Source: Candidatus Woesearchaeota archaeon
GTDB lineage: Archaea > Nanobdellota > Nanobdellia > Woesearchaeales > UBA9642
Reading direction: 5' to 3'
Length of the DNA stretch: 64,000 nt
NCBI GenBank assembly: GCA_013330595.1
Contig: DUIB01000009.1
Coordinates: forward strand, 74-64,073
Part shown: positions 49,110-60,158 of the stretch, in pieces
How the letters are laid out: every line of letters begins with the position of its first letter
Position numbering within the stretch: the stretch's first letter is position 1
Made by a program: the position numbers and the translations under genes
The notes under the pieces: model-generated
Database searches by the model: none
Told to the model about the DNA's origin: nothing
Seen by the model: the letters and a program-made list of their open reading frames with translations, nothing else

Positions 49110-49954
49110 ATGAATCCTGTTAATGGACTTGTTGCTAAATATGTTTGACGTGCAATGGACATTAAATAATACCCTACTAGAGGATTTTTACTCTTTAAAA
49201 GCTTCAATCCTTCATTCATTGTCATCTTTTTCTCTATGCTATGCAATTCAATTAATGAATTAATGTCTTTTGCCTGAAATCCTTTTTGAAGCAAATGCAA
49301 CATCTCTTCAATATGTTTTAAGAAATCTGTTTCTTCTTTTGAATATTTTTTTGCCGTTTTATTTAAATTAACGCATTCACGAGCAATATGTGTAATAGTA
49401 CTGAGAAACTGCCAAATAAATCCTTTTAATTTAGGATACATGTTATGTTTTGTTAATATCCTCTTAAGAAAATTATCATATTTTCTTATTCTGAAAAAAT
49501 CCTGTTCTATATTTGTATCTATGTTCTTTATCATTTCCACAAGTATCTGAAGCTCTTTAATAAGTATCTTATCAAAATCTTCTATCGATGGCTCTGCTAC
49601 GCTTTCTAGAATATAACTTTCATTTCCAAAACTGAAAAGCTCAAACCCGAGCATGTAGTTATCTAATATTTTTGATATTATTTCCTTTTCTCCACTATAT
49701 TTAATTAGAATCTTATCATATCCCGCCCTATAGGCATTTATTATCAGAGTACGAATCCCGCTTTCAGTAGTCTCTTTAATATCCAAACTTATATCTTTTA
49801 ATGAGATCTTTGCATCTGTAGTGACTATTAATTTATTATCATCTATCTCCACAGTTAACTCATCACTTTTCTTCAGATTATTCTGAAGAATCCATTTCCT
49901 AGGTAAAGATAATACCATGCAGTCATGTCCTAATTCAATGATCTTTCTTCTCAT
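49091..49954 (-). CDS. AbrB/SpoVT-type N-terminal domain protein with helical (PhoU-like) C-terminal region
   Basis: The N-terminus 'RRKIIELGHDCMVLSLPRKWILQNNLKKSDELTVEIDDNKLIV' is a swapped-hairpin motif. Confidence 0.4.
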   Translation of the reverse strand: MRRKIIELGHDCMVLSLPRKWILQNNLKKSDELTVEIDDNKLIVTTDAKISLKDISLDIKETTESGIRTLIINAYRAGYDKILIKYSGEKEIISKILDNYMLGFELFSFGNESYILESVAEPSIEDFDKILIKELQILVEMIKNIDTNIEQDFFRIRKYDNFLKRILTKHNMYPKLKGFIWQFLSTITHIARECVNLNKTAKKYSKEETDFLKHIEEMLHLLQKGFQAKDINSLIELHSIEKKMTMNEGLKLLKSKNPLVGYYLMSIARQTYLATSPLTGFIQTQTL

Positions 49955-50094
49955 AGGTGTCGTTAGGATAGTTCTATATTTAAATCTTATCTTTTTATAG
50001 TGTTCACTATAAATTATATGGAAAACATATAAATAGTTATTATGCGACCACTATGTAATAACAAATTTATAAAAATCATTAGGGGGAAAATAAA

Positions 50095-50838
50095 ATGGCA
50101 AGTAAAAAAGAATTTTATGATGCATTTTTTAGTATGGCAAAAAATTATGATGCTAAGACAGGCATAAAACATAATGAAGAAGATCTGCAGAAATTCACGG
50201 GACAGATCAATGATCTTATTAATACAGAAGGTCATAGATATGGTGTTAAAAAGAATCTTGAGAGCAAGATTAATACAATGAATAAGAATATTCTTTTAAT
50301 ATCTAACTTCGATAAAGATCCTAAAGCAGAGTATTTGACAAAGCCAGTTGAATTCTATTTGGAGGCTGAGGATTCATATAACTCTGTTCAACAAGAAGGC
50401 ATTCTTACAGACTTTGAGATTAGCAATTATAGAAATCAAATTGAATGGAATTTAACTAGTTACAAGAATTCAGTAAGGGAATCAGTTGACAATATAGTGA
50501 TAGACAATTCTGCAGACAAGGAGTTTGCTGTAAAGAAACTTAAAGCTTTCAGAGAAGCAATTCCTGAATTAAGAAATTATGGACTTGGTATTGATGAAAA
50601 TACTTTGAATGATAAGATCCAAGTATATGTAGATTCTCAGATTGGCGATGATATGGTAATGATAGAATTAGCAGAAGGAAATACGAAACCTTTGACAAAT
50701 AATTCTAAGAATAGGATACAGGGATCATATGAAAAAATAATGAAAAAATTGGAGACAATAGAAAATGAATTAGGAATTACATTAAGTGAAAATAGAGAAT
50801 CACTTGAAACATCATATAAAAGCATAATGAGTAGGTGA
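50095..50838 (+). CDS. hypothetical protein (first of a 3-gene operon)
   Basis: This is an ORF only, with tight spacing to the next genes. Confidence 0.3.
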   Translation: MASKKEFYDAFFSMAKNYDAKTGIKHNEEDLQKFTGQINDLINTEGHRYGVKKNLESKINTMNKNILLISNFDKDPKAEYLTKPVEFYLEAEDSYNSVQQEGILTDFEISNYRNQIEWNLTSYKNSVRESVDNIVIDNSADKEFAVKKLKAFREAIPELRNYGLGIDENTLNDKIQVYVDSQIGDDMVMIELAEGNTKPLTNNSKNRIQGSYEKIMKKLETIENELGITLSENRESLETSYKSIMSR

Positions 50839-50842
50839 AAAA

Positions 50843-52048
50843 ATGACATGGCATAAAGAATCTAAAAGATCAGGTTGGAAGAAATGGGTTATAGGTGGTA
50901 TGATTATAGTTTCAGGAGCATACCTGGGAGTTAAAAATTGGATATGCAGTCCAGCTGCTGATGAGCAAAACAAACCTAAGATAGAGATTGATTCATCAAA
51001 ACAGTATTTTCCAGGATTTAATGTTCCTGTTGATAATTTACAGGATTCGAATGTTGTTAATCTTCCAGGATTTGAAGTTCCTGTTGATACAATAAAAGAT
51101 ACAACAAACCAAGTAATAATCCCGCAGATAATTCTTCCAAAGTCAGATTCAACATATGTTGATTCTTCAAAAGTGGATTCAATAGTTATATCTGGAGATA
51201 CAGTGTCTGTTGTAAAGAGTTTCAAAGATTTGACTTTTGATCAATATCTTAAAGTTGCTAAGCAAAAAGGCTATACTGGAATCGCTGAGTTGATAACAGG
51301 AAGAAAAATGACTTCAGCAGATTATCATGGGATAATCAAGGATCTTGCAGCAATTGGTGGATCAGAAATTTTTAAGGAAGATAAAGCATGGGAATCAAAG
51401 CATACAAGGCCTAGGTATAAGAATAACAACATTAATGATAAGGCATTTGAATCTCAAATAAAGAAAGTATATGATGCATTACATAAGGATGTTAAGTCAA
51501 ATAATAAACCTGTTTCAGGCAGTGCTAAAACATCCAAGCCGGCCGAATCAATTGAAAATAAAATATCTGAAGATTCTAGTGTAGTCAAAGATAGTTCAAA
51601 TAAATCATTATATAGCATCTATATGCGTCATAGAAACATTGAGAATAAAGTCATTGATGAAACAACATTACATCAATGGAATGATGATTACACATCAGGA
51701 TTAAACGAAGTTGCTTCTCTTTATTCGAGCGCAATAAATTCAGGAAAATCTCATTATCAGGCACTGGATTTTGCTGCTGATGAAGCTAGCCTTGCAGCTA
51801 TCCAAAACAAAAATGATGCATTGAAGGCCATCTATGAGGCACAATCCCTGGGCAACAATACAATTGTAAATAGATGGAATTCAAAAAGGGTCGACAAAAC
51901 ACAAGTTATTGAATTTATCAAGCAGTATGATCAAGGCAAAAAATCAGAGAATAAGAAATACACACAAAAAGAATTGACAGCTGCTATTGCAGAACATTAT
52001 AAACAAACAATGAGTGTAAGCACTCTAAGAAATTACTTGAGGGCATAA
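50843..52048 (+). CDS. membrane-anchored hypothetical protein with internal PGF(N/E)VPVD tandem repeat
   Basis: It has an N-terminal TM. 'FPGFNVPVDNLQDSNVVNLPGFEVPVDTIKD' is a direct repeat. Confidence 0.3.
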   Translation: MTWHKESKRSGWKKWVIGGMIIVSGAYLGVKNWICSPAADEQNKPKIEIDSSKQYFPGFNVPVDNLQDSNVVNLPGFEVPVDTIKDTTNQVIIPQIILPKSDSTYVDSSKVDSIVISGDTVSVVKSFKDLTFDQYLKVAKQKGYTGIAELITGRKMTSADYHGIIKDLAAIGGSEIFKEDKAWESKHTRPRYKNNNINDKAFESQIKKVYDALHKDVKSNNKPVSGSAKTSKPAESIENKISEDSSVVKDSSNKSLYSIYMRHRNIENKVIDETTLHQWNDDYTSGLNEVASLYSSAINSGKSHYQALDFAADEASLAAIQNKNDALKAIYEAQSLGNNTIVNRWNSKRVDKTQVIEFIKQYDQGKKSENKKYTQKELTAAIAEHYKQTMSVSTLRNYLRA

Positions 52049-52049
52049 A

Positions 52050-52784
52050 ATGAATAAACTAATAATTCCATTATTTGCTTTTTTTAGCTTTATTGCATAC
52101 CAAGGATGTAATAGTAATCATTCTACATCACAGAATCAACCTACGCCTGCAGTTGAACAGGAGAGCCTTGAAGATATTGCCAAGAGAGAAGAGAAGAGAA
52201 TTGATAGTCTTCGAACTATTCAAGAAGACAAGTATAATAGATTGATAGGTACAAATGATGCAGTATACGGATCGTTTCCTAAAAGACAGGGAGGAGTTGA
52301 ATTATATAAAATATTTAATAGTAGCGACCTTCTTTATATTCGCTGGGAAGATGAATCATTAGTTGTGGATCCTGATGATTATAAATATAAGGGAATGCTT
52401 AGACTAAAAATATATGTAGATCCATCATTAAACGACTCAGCAAAAGGTTCTAATACAAAAATAAATGCTGGAGATTGGCAGATGGATAATGCATTTCCGG
52501 GAACTTGGTTTAAAGATGTTCAGGTAGATTCAGAAATCGATACATCAAAAAAAACTTATAGATTAAGTGTTATTAATGGAAATAAATGCATCACTTATAA
52601 TTGTGTTATTGATCCTGATATTGAGATAGACAAAATAAGTGTTAATCAGGATGGAAATAAAAGACAATATAATATTAATAATATCGATAATGAATTAGCA
52701 CAAGAGCAAAGAGATTTATTCGATCTCTACATGAGTGCTTTAGAAAGATTAAAGAAAGACCAGGTGCGAGCAGATTTAAATTAA
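52050..52784 (+). CDS. putative lipoprotein
   Basis: It has a signal plus 'YQGCNS' lipobox-like Cys. Confidence 0.3.
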   Translation: MNKLIIPLFAFFSFIAYQGCNSNHSTSQNQPTPAVEQESLEDIAKREEKRIDSLRTIQEDKYNRLIGTNDAVYGSFPKRQGGVELYKIFNSSDLLYIRWEDESLVVDPDDYKYKGMLRLKIYVDPSLNDSAKGSNTKINAGDWQMDNAFPGTWFKDVQVDSEIDTSKKTYRLSVINGNKCITYNCVIDPDIEIDKISVNQDGNKRQYNINNIDNELAQEQRDLFDLYMSALERLKKDQVRADLN

Positions 52785-53130
52785 ATCATTTTTTCAAAAC
52801 TTTTTTAGTATGTTGTTTTAGATGTTCAAAGATCTGGTCTTCTACTGATTGGATCTTTTCTTTTTCCTTTTGATCTGAAGAATAGAATTCATTTAATTGT
52901 TTATGTGTTTTCTTTCTTGATTCGTTTTTCCTGTGCTCTTGCTTTTTTTTATGCACAATAAATGTTTTAGCCATGATTTGTGTAAAACTTACCATATTAT
53001 ATTTTTAATGGTTTCGTCACCAACTCCTGACAATAGATTCTTCATTTTAGAATGGTTACAAACGAAAACTTTAAATAAAGACAGGGTTTCTCATCATTAA
53101 GAAAAAGCGGTGTCATTTCTATACTCATAC

Positions 53131-54969
53131 TCACCTCTTTTTCCCAGGAAGACCTTTCGCAAGAGGGGTTTTCCGGGGTTTATTCTTTAAAGATTTTTTA
53201 TCCTCATTCTTTATTCTTATCTTCAATATCATCAATAAAACAATTACTGTAAAACATGTTCCTATGATCAATCCTAGAACAAATCCTTGAATAACTCTTG
53301 GATCAATGCTTTTTTTAGGCTGTATCACCTGTATCGCACCATTCTTCTTTATCGGCAGATACATATCCAGATTGCTTAATTCAAGAGCATATTCTGCATA
53401 TAATAAACTTGAATAAGGATCAGAATCTCTTAATGTTTTTGAATATTCATAATAGCTGTATCCGAGAATAGGGAAGATATCATGAGATTGCTGCTCTGCA
53501 ATACTGTTTTCAGCAGCAGCTATCTTATCATTGACTAATTGCGCAAAATTCTCCTTAGTAACTGAAATAGCGCTTAACACAACATCGGCATCTGCTTTTG
53601 CCTTTGATGCGGTATAGATGCATAATGCATAATCCTTTGATTCATAATAGGAATATGCTTTTTTCAGATCAGCCCTATCAACTTCAGGAAGATAAATCTG
53701 TAAGTAGCTCAATCTTTCTTCTGTCTCTGCAATCTTATTATTGCAGGCTATTGCCAAAGCATCATTATCCTGCACAAAACTTTTTCCTTGAATATCAAAG
53801 AATTTGCTCCAGATAACAGCTGTATTATATCTTTCAATGGCATATCCTAGGTCTGAATAGCTTATATTTTCCGGGTTTTGGTCTCTTAAGACCTGTTTGG
53901 AATCCTCTATTCTTTCCTTGACAATCATGTATGTCTCAAGCTCTGATAACGTTGTGATTGATTTTGATTTTTCATTTAACTTTAATTCAAATATAGAAAT
54001 GTCTCCTAATGTTTTTGCATATTCTTGCTTTAATTTTTTACTACTATGATTCTTCAATGATTCTCTTGTTAATCTTACATTGCCGGCAAAACAAAAACTT
54101 GCAGCACTATAATATGAGTTATTATTTATTGCATCCACAGCCATAGTATAATAATCTTTTTTAGTTTCATTAATTGATATGTTGGTTTGATTATTTGTGA
54201 TATTTATTTTGCTGCTTACATCTTCTTTTATTAATTCTGAAAGATTTGGCATGATAATTGTTCCATTTTTCATGCTTCCATATTTAGTGCATAAATCAAT
54301 AGTTATTTGCTTCATTAGATTATCGTATTCTGGAATTGATTTTATTTCTGAATGATTCTTTTTATAATCCTTTCCTGTAAACTCAAATAAAGCCTCTTCA
54401 AGAGTTGAAACCTGAACAACCCTAATTGATAAATTATTGGAATTATTAAAGAAATCCCATTTAGGTATAAGGACTTTTTCAAAACCACTTTTTTGTGCAG
54501 CATAAGTCTTTGCATTTATGCCAGCAACAGGCCCAATAAGATTTCCGGAATTTATTGTTCCTGTCATAATGACTTTTTCATTTATATTTTGATCATCTAG
54601 CATTGATAATGTCAATACTGTTGCAGCAGCTCCTGCACTTGGGCCTCCAACAATAGCAGAATTAGCCCTTATAGTATAGAAGAAATCATATCCTGAACAA
54701 TCTTTCTCAAGGAAATCACATGCAATTTCAGCTGCAAATCTCATTGTTATCTGGGTGTCAAGTCTTGATAATGGGAATGAATCAATAAATATTCTTCCTG
54801 ATCCTGGCTTGATTAATAAGTTGAGGTCAGCAACACCTCCTTGTTCTAATGCTGTTTCATTTGATGTCTCTGATACTGTCAATAAATTAATGTGTCCATT
54901 TTCCAAATATGCAAGACTTGTTGTTGATAAAACCAACAATGCAATTATCCAGATCAATATTTTTTTCAT
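53131..54969 (-). CDS. Lon-like S16 serine peptidase, secreted with C-terminal membrane anchor
   Basis: It has an N-terminal signal. 'IVGGPSAGAAATVLTLSML' is the S16 catalytic Ser motif (PSAG). It has a C-terminal TM helix and a basic tail. Confidence 0.55.
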   Translation of the reverse strand: MKKILIWIIALLVLSTTSLAYLENGHINLLTVSETSNETALEQGGVADLNLLIKPGSGRIFIDSFPLSRLDTQITMRFAAEIACDFLEKDCSGYDFFYTIRANSAIVGGPSAGAAATVLTLSMLDDQNINEKVIMTGTINSGNLIGPVAGINAKTYAAQKSGFEKVLIPKWDFFNNSNNLSIRVVQVSTLEEALFEFTGKDYKKNHSEIKSIPEYDNLMKQITIDLCTKYGSMKNGTIIMPNLSELIKEDVSSKINITNNQTNISINETKKDYYTMAVDAINNNSYYSAASFCFAGNVRLTRESLKNHSSKKLKQEYAKTLGDISIFELKLNEKSKSITTLSELETYMIVKERIEDSKQVLRDQNPENISYSDLGYAIERYNTAVIWSKFFDIQGKSFVQDNDALAIACNNKIAETEERLSYLQIYLPEVDRADLKKAYSYYESKDYALCIYTASKAKADADVVLSAISVTKENFAQLVNDKIAAAENSIAEQQSHDIFPILGYSYYEYSKTLRDSDPYSSLLYAEYALELSNLDMYLPIKKNGAIQVIQPKKSIDPRVIQGFVLGLIIGTCFTVIVLLMILKIRIKNEDKKSLKNKPRKTPLAKGLPGKKR

Positions 54970-55556
54970 GTTTTCTCTTTATACCGCCCTCTTTTCTCAA
55001 CTTCTTCAAGTCGTAAAAGTATTTCTTTCTTATCTTTAGGATTATATGTTTTCAGGAAGTATTTATATGCTTTATTCATGACTCTGAAATGCTTGCTTTC
55101 AAGAGCCTGCCTGAATAAATGGATATCAACAGCCTTATCCTCTATTCTTGTGCTGTTGAAACTTAATCCGAAATCAATGAAGAACAATTTCTTGTTTTTG
55201 AGGATCATGTTTGATGTTGTCAAGTCTCCATGGATGATGTTATTATTGTGCATGATTGTTAAGTTCTTTCCAATCATATCTGCATATTTAGGATTCTTAT
55301 CCAGAAGCTTTTTCAATTGTGTTCCATCAATGTTCTCCATCTCAATATCATATTCTTTGATATTTATTAGCTTAGGAACATCCATTCCAAGTAGTTTTAA
55401 TTTCTCTAGGATTTTAGCTTCTTTTTTTGTCCTTGATCTCCTCAATGGAATATCTATCTCTTTTAGTCTGTATGCTTTTTCTATTCTCTGCTTTTCGATA
55501 TTCTTATTGCTATTGATTAATATTACTGCTTCTGCTCCAGAACCAATCTGCCTCAT
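54966..55556 (-). CDS. bud32: Kae1-associated kinase Bud32 (RIO-like)
   Basis: It has 'IGSGAEAVI' (glycine-rich loop), 'HGDLTTSNMIL' (catalytic loop) and 'FIDFGLS' (DFG). Confidence 0.7.
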   Translation of the reverse strand: MRQIGSGAEAVILINSNKNIEKQRIEKAYRLKEIDIPLRRSRTKKEAKILEKLKLLGMDVPKLINIKEYDIEMENIDGTQLKKLLDKNPKYADMIGKNLTIMHNNNIIHGDLTTSNMILKNKKLFFIDFGLSFNSTRIEDKAVDIHLFRQALESKHFRVMNKAYKYFLKTYNPKDKKEILLRLEEVEKRGRYKEKT

Positions 55557-55916
55557 TCAGAAATGGAATTATAAGGGCTTTTTAAGTGTTATGGAAGATA
55601 TTATTCTTCACCTAAGAACAATTCATCTAGCTCATATCTTGAGAGCTTTGTCTTGTTTAATACAGCCATCTTTGGCTTTCTACCATGCTCTCCTCTTATC
55701 TCATCAAATTCAAAATTCTTATTTTCATCCTCTTCGAATGCCAATTTTATAACCCCCAACGATATAATTGAAATCGCATTGAATCTCGATACAAATACAT
55801 AGAATTTTGATATTTATAAAGTTTACGGTTCATAACTACTCTAGAGTGAATAACCTTTATTTTGTATTAAAGCGAATTGACCTAAAATAGTAAACTTTAT
55901 ATTATAGTTCATCTCT

Positions 55917-56786
55917 GTGTTTATAGAGGTGAATTTTATGCGTAAAGCCACAAGATTAGATGTTGTATGCCCAAATCGTTCTTGTCGTTGTTTTAACAAA
56001 CTTGGTTTGTTAAATGTAATTCGAAAAGGAAAACAAAAAAACGGCACAATTCGTTATCAGTGTACTGATTGCAAAAGAACTTTTGCAAGGACAATAAATA
56101 CGCTTTTTTTTCGCAAACATCTGAGCAAAAAAGAAATCATTGCGATAAGCAAACAGTTTGTTGAGAAAAATAGTTTTAGAGGAGTTGCAAGAAGCACAGG
56201 GCATCATCTTGATACGGTTAGAAAATTAGCAACAGATGTTGCTAATCATTGCGAACAAATCAATGATTTCTTATTGCATGATGTAAAATTAGGCACACAT
56301 GAAATTGATGAGTTTTGGAGTTTTGTTAAAAAAAACAAAAAAATGTTACCGAAAAATTTTTCCTAAACACTGAAGAAAGCAATGCATACTCATACTTAGA
56401 CATTAAAAGAGAAACAAGACTAATCGTTGCATTTTCCGTCGGTAAATGGATACAAGAAACAAGCAATCAAAGATAAAAAAGAACAAATAATTTACGGAGC
56501 ACATAAAAGAAAAATCTTAGGCAACCCTTCTTTTGAAGAAATAAACATAGCTTACGTTGATGGGCTATGTTCTGCATTAAGAGAAAGAATGAAATTCTCA
56601 GTAAGAGAAGCAAAAACATTCGCCAAAAAAAGAAAAACAATCAAAGAACTGCTTGATATTTATCAAGCATATAATAACTTGATATTTGCCAAAAAAGGAC
56701 AAACACCTTGCATGAAAGAAAATATGGTTTCAAAAATCTGGTCATGGAGTGAATTATTGCATAAAAGACTAACAACATTTAACTAG
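55917..56786 (+). mobile_element. degenerate IS1-family insertion sequence (InsA-like Zn-finger/HTH ORF plus frameshifted, internally deleted InsB-like transposase)
   Basis: ORF1 has 'CPNRSCRCF...RYQCTDCKRTF' plus the HTH 'RGVARSTGHHLDTVRKLA'. 'THEIDEFWSFVKKNKK' matches IS1 InsB. 'AYSYLDIKRETRLIVAFSVGK' continues in the -1 frame (56372-56475). The frame-0 tail at 56427-56786 is InsB-C-terminus-like. The DDE middle part is missing. Confidence 0.5.
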
Positions 56787-57601
56787 GTCGGTTTCCAGAT
56801 TATGCACAATATGTAAAAGAACAGATCGGAAATAAACATTTTGAGGATCTAAAAAAAATAGAAATAAGATTAGGTATAAATCTTAATCTCTCTGATTCGA
56901 ACAGTGGATGGGTAGCTGAGTTTAATGATATAGAAGAAAGATCAAAAAAAGAAATACCATTTATACTTAAACATTCAAAAGAGAATCCAAAAATACTTGA
57001 CAGTTGTTTAGGTTCAGGATCGACCTCTATTGGTCTGAAACTTTATGGGATAGAAGATGCTATCTCGAATGATATAGAAGAAGATCTTGTCAACTTTTCT
57101 ATAAGAGAAGCTGAGAAGATAGGAATTGAGCTGGATATAACAAGATATGACTGGAGAGAATTAAATAAATATTTTCACGATAAATTTGACATTGTGTGTT
57201 GTTTAGGTAATTCTCTAACATACTTATTCAAAAAAGAGGATCGGATAAAAACACTAAGCAATTTTCATTATTCATTAAAAAGAGATGGAAAATTAATTAT
57301 TGACGAAAGAAATTATGCAGAGATATTAAAAGGCAACTTCAGAACAACAGGCAAGGGACCATATACAGGATATGATAATGTTAAAATACAACCAATTTAT
57401 TATGAAAATAATATTTTAATAATGCAGTATAGTACAAAAAATAATAAAACATATCATTTGATATTATATCCATTCAAAGAAGGAGAATTAGAGAGTTTGC
57501 TTAGAGAATCAGGCTTCAAAAATATTAAGAAGTACGGGGATTATGAAGAAAAATATAACTCAAAAGAAGTCGAGTTTTATACTTATGTTACAGAAAAATA
57601 A
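56783..57601 (+). pseudogene. class I SAM-dependent methyltransferase lacking an in-frame start codon (5' end abuts the IS1-like remnant)
   Basis: The open frame runs from 56783 with motif I 'ILDSCLGSGSTSIGL', 'FDIVCCLGNSL' and 'DGKLIID'. The first ATG is at 57194, after motifs I and II. Confidence 0.45.
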
Positions 57602-57706
57602 GATAAAAGAGCATTGATGATACTTTTCATCATATGATGAGTCTATTCAATACTATAGATTCACATTTTTCAAAACATTAATAAATTTCTTCGATTAAAC
57701 ATCATT

Positions 57707-58318
57707 ATGACCATATTCTTTCCAGGTATAGCGGGGGATTATGAATCTGTATTAGATGGAAGAGCATCAGGAGGATTGATAATCAATGATTCATTGATCA
57801 TTGACCCAGGCATAGGATTTCTTATTAAATCTGGATTGAAGAATGCAGACCAGATTCTCATATCTGACAAGGATCTATTGTATTGCAATGATGCAAATGC
57901 CATAATTAAAAGATTCAATGCAAAGATTGTCAGTGAGACAGATGATATAAAGCAGATCGGGAATTCTTTTAAAATACTGACTAACAAATACTTTCTAGGA
58001 TATATACATAATCCTAAATTGACAAAAGCATTCGCAGAGGAATTCAAGGATATGAACATCCTTGTCATAAGGACTGAATCAACCTCTATAGAAGACATGA
58101 TAAATCTTATTGAATATGTAAATCCTGAATTAGCAATATTGACAGGATTCAGGCATAATATTGATCCACTATTATTTTCTAGACATGTAAAGGATGAATT
58201 AAAGAAATATAAGGAGCATCTAAAGACACAGATAATAGCAGCAAAAGACGGAATGAAGATCAATCCAGATTCATATAATATAAAAATAAGGCAGAAGAGC
58301 TTGAAAGGATTCATATGA
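57707..58318 (+). CDS. hypothetical protein
   Basis: This is an ORF only. It overlaps the next gene by 4 nt. Confidence 0.3.
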   Translation: MTIFFPGIAGDYESVLDGRASGGLIINDSLIIDPGIGFLIKSGLKNADQILISDKDLLYCNDANAIIKRFNAKIVSETDDIKQIGNSFKILTNKYFLGYIHNPKLTKAFAEEFKDMNILVIRTESTSIEDMINLIEYVNPELAILTGFRHNIDPLLFSRHVKDELKKYKEHLKTQIIAAKDGMKINPDSYNIKIRQKSLKGFI

Positions 58319-58686
58319 AAGCTCTCTCATTAAAACAGCCGTTTGCTGAACTTGTTGTATCTGGAAAGAAAAAGATTGAACTAAGGAAATGGAACACAAA
58401 ATTCAGAGGAGAATTCCTGATACATGCATCAAAGATTCCTGATAAAAAATCAATGGAAAAATTCGGATTCAAGGAATTGCCATTAGGATGTATTGTCGGA
58501 AAAGCAAGGCTTGTTGATGTGAAGCATTACGCAAATGATGCAAAAAGAGCCAAGGATAAATCATTGCATCTTGCTGATGGAGATTGGGGAGATTATGGAT
58601 TCATATTAAAAGATGCTAGGAAAATAAAGACAATACCTATTAAAGGTAAACTTGGGTTCTGGGATGCTGGAGTAATGAGGACTTAA
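58315..58686 (+). CDS. ASCH (PUA-like) domain protein
   Basis: It has the 'ALSLKQPFAELVVSGKKKIELRKW' ASCH N-terminal motif. Confidence 0.55.
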   Translation: MKALSLKQPFAELVVSGKKKIELRKWNTKFRGEFLIHASKIPDKKSMEKFGFKELPLGCIVGKARLVDVKHYANDAKRAKDKSLHLADGDWGDYGFILKDARKIKTIPIKGKLGFWDAGVMRT

Positions 58687-58687
58687 A

Positions 58688-60070
58688 ATGCAAACTATTG
58701 ATTTAGTGATAATATTTGCCTATCTGATAGGATTGTTTATTTTTGCAATATACATTGGAAGAAAATCAAACTTGGATAATTATCTTGTTGCTGGAAGGAA
58801 ATTCAAGACAATATTCTTAGTATTTACTACATTATCAACAATGGTTGGCTTAAGTACAGTAATTGCAGCGGCATCAGCCACATATTCAAGCGGGATATCA
58901 TTCATTGCCATGGCAACATGTCTTATTATGACTGGCTATGTGCTAGTTTTTTTATTTGCTAAAAAAATCAAGATATTCGGAGATAAATTTAAAGCCCATA
59001 CAATGGGTGATTTCTTAGCAGTCAGGTACTCTCAGCGTGCAAGAGTAGTTGGGAGCATTGCAATAATTATATCTTATTTTATATTCTTTGCAGGATTGCT
59101 TCTTGGACTTTCGCAAATATTCCAGATATTTAGCGGGACAGGATTGTTCTGGTCATTGGTATTTGCAATGCTTGGAGTAATAATTTACACAACAATATCT
59201 GGAATTAAAAGTGATTTCTATACTGATATAATACATTTCATTGTCATGATGATAGCATTAGTCATAATAATGATCCCGATAATGCTCATAAAAACCGGAG
59301 GCTGGGCATTATTCAGTAATTTGCCGAATGGCTTTACAAATATATATAATTTTGGAGGAGCAGGATTTTTCTGGTTTGGAATACTATTAGGATTTCCTGT
59401 ATTTCTGCTCTATATGGAAATATGGCAGAGAATTTATGCAAGTAATAATCCTAAAACTGCAAGAAAAATAATAGCATGGTCTGCAGCACTTACAATACCT
59501 TTCCTTTTGATAGCATTAATAGTTGGTTTAGCTGCAAGAAAATTTTTGCCTAATATCAATCCAGATTATTCATTTCTGCTTGTGATAAAAACATTCCTTC
59601 CTGCAGGATTGCTCGGTCTTGCTATTGCCGGATTGATTGCAACAATACTTTCAACTTTGAACACTACGATAATGGTAATAAGCGCAATATTCACAAAAGA
59701 CTTTTACATGACTTTTATAAACAAACATGCAAGTGATAAAAAATATTTAAGAGTCGGTAGGATAATAACTTTATGTGTTAGTGTTGTTGGCATATCTATT
59801 GCCTTTTTATTTCCAAACTTAGTAGAACTTGCAGTCGCAGCCAACGAAGGACTCATTGTTTTAGCTCCAGCAATAATTGGCGGATTCATCTGGAAGAGAG
59901 CAAATGAGAAAGCAGCATTCTATTCCATATTGATAGGATTGATTATCTTATGGGGATCATATGCATTCATAGGAAAATACTCATTCATACCTGCATGTAT
60001 TGCGTCATTGATATTGTATATAGCAATATCATTATCTTCAAATCAGCAACACAATAACCCATCCGGTTAA
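58688..60070 (+). CDS. sodium:solute symporter family transporter
   Basis: It has about 13 TM segments and an SSF-like topology. Confidence 0.5.
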   Translation: MQTIDLVIIFAYLIGLFIFAIYIGRKSNLDNYLVAGRKFKTIFLVFTTLSTMVGLSTVIAAASATYSSGISFIAMATCLIMTGYVLVFLFAKKIKIFGDKFKAHTMGDFLAVRYSQRARVVGSIAIIISYFIFFAGLLLGLSQIFQIFSGTGLFWSLVFAMLGVIIYTTISGIKSDFYTDIIHFIVMMIALVIIMIPIMLIKTGGWALFSNLPNGFTNIYNFGGAGFFWFGILLGFPVFLLYMEIWQRIYASNNPKTARKIIAWSAALTIPFLLIALIVGLAARKFLPNINPDYSFLLVIKTFLPAGLLGLAIAGLIATILSTLNTTIMVISAIFTKDFYMTFINKHASDKKYLRVGRIITLCVSVVGISIAFLFPNLVELAVAANEGLIVLAPAIIGGFIWKRANEKAAFYSILIGLIILWGSYAFIGKYSFIPACIASLILYIAISLSSNQQHNNPSG

Positions 60071-60158
60071 GTATCTTAGTGTGACAAACAGGATTATCTG
60101 ACTTTAAGATAGTTCTTTCAACAGCAAAATTAATAAATTCCGTCAGGTATCCGGAATT

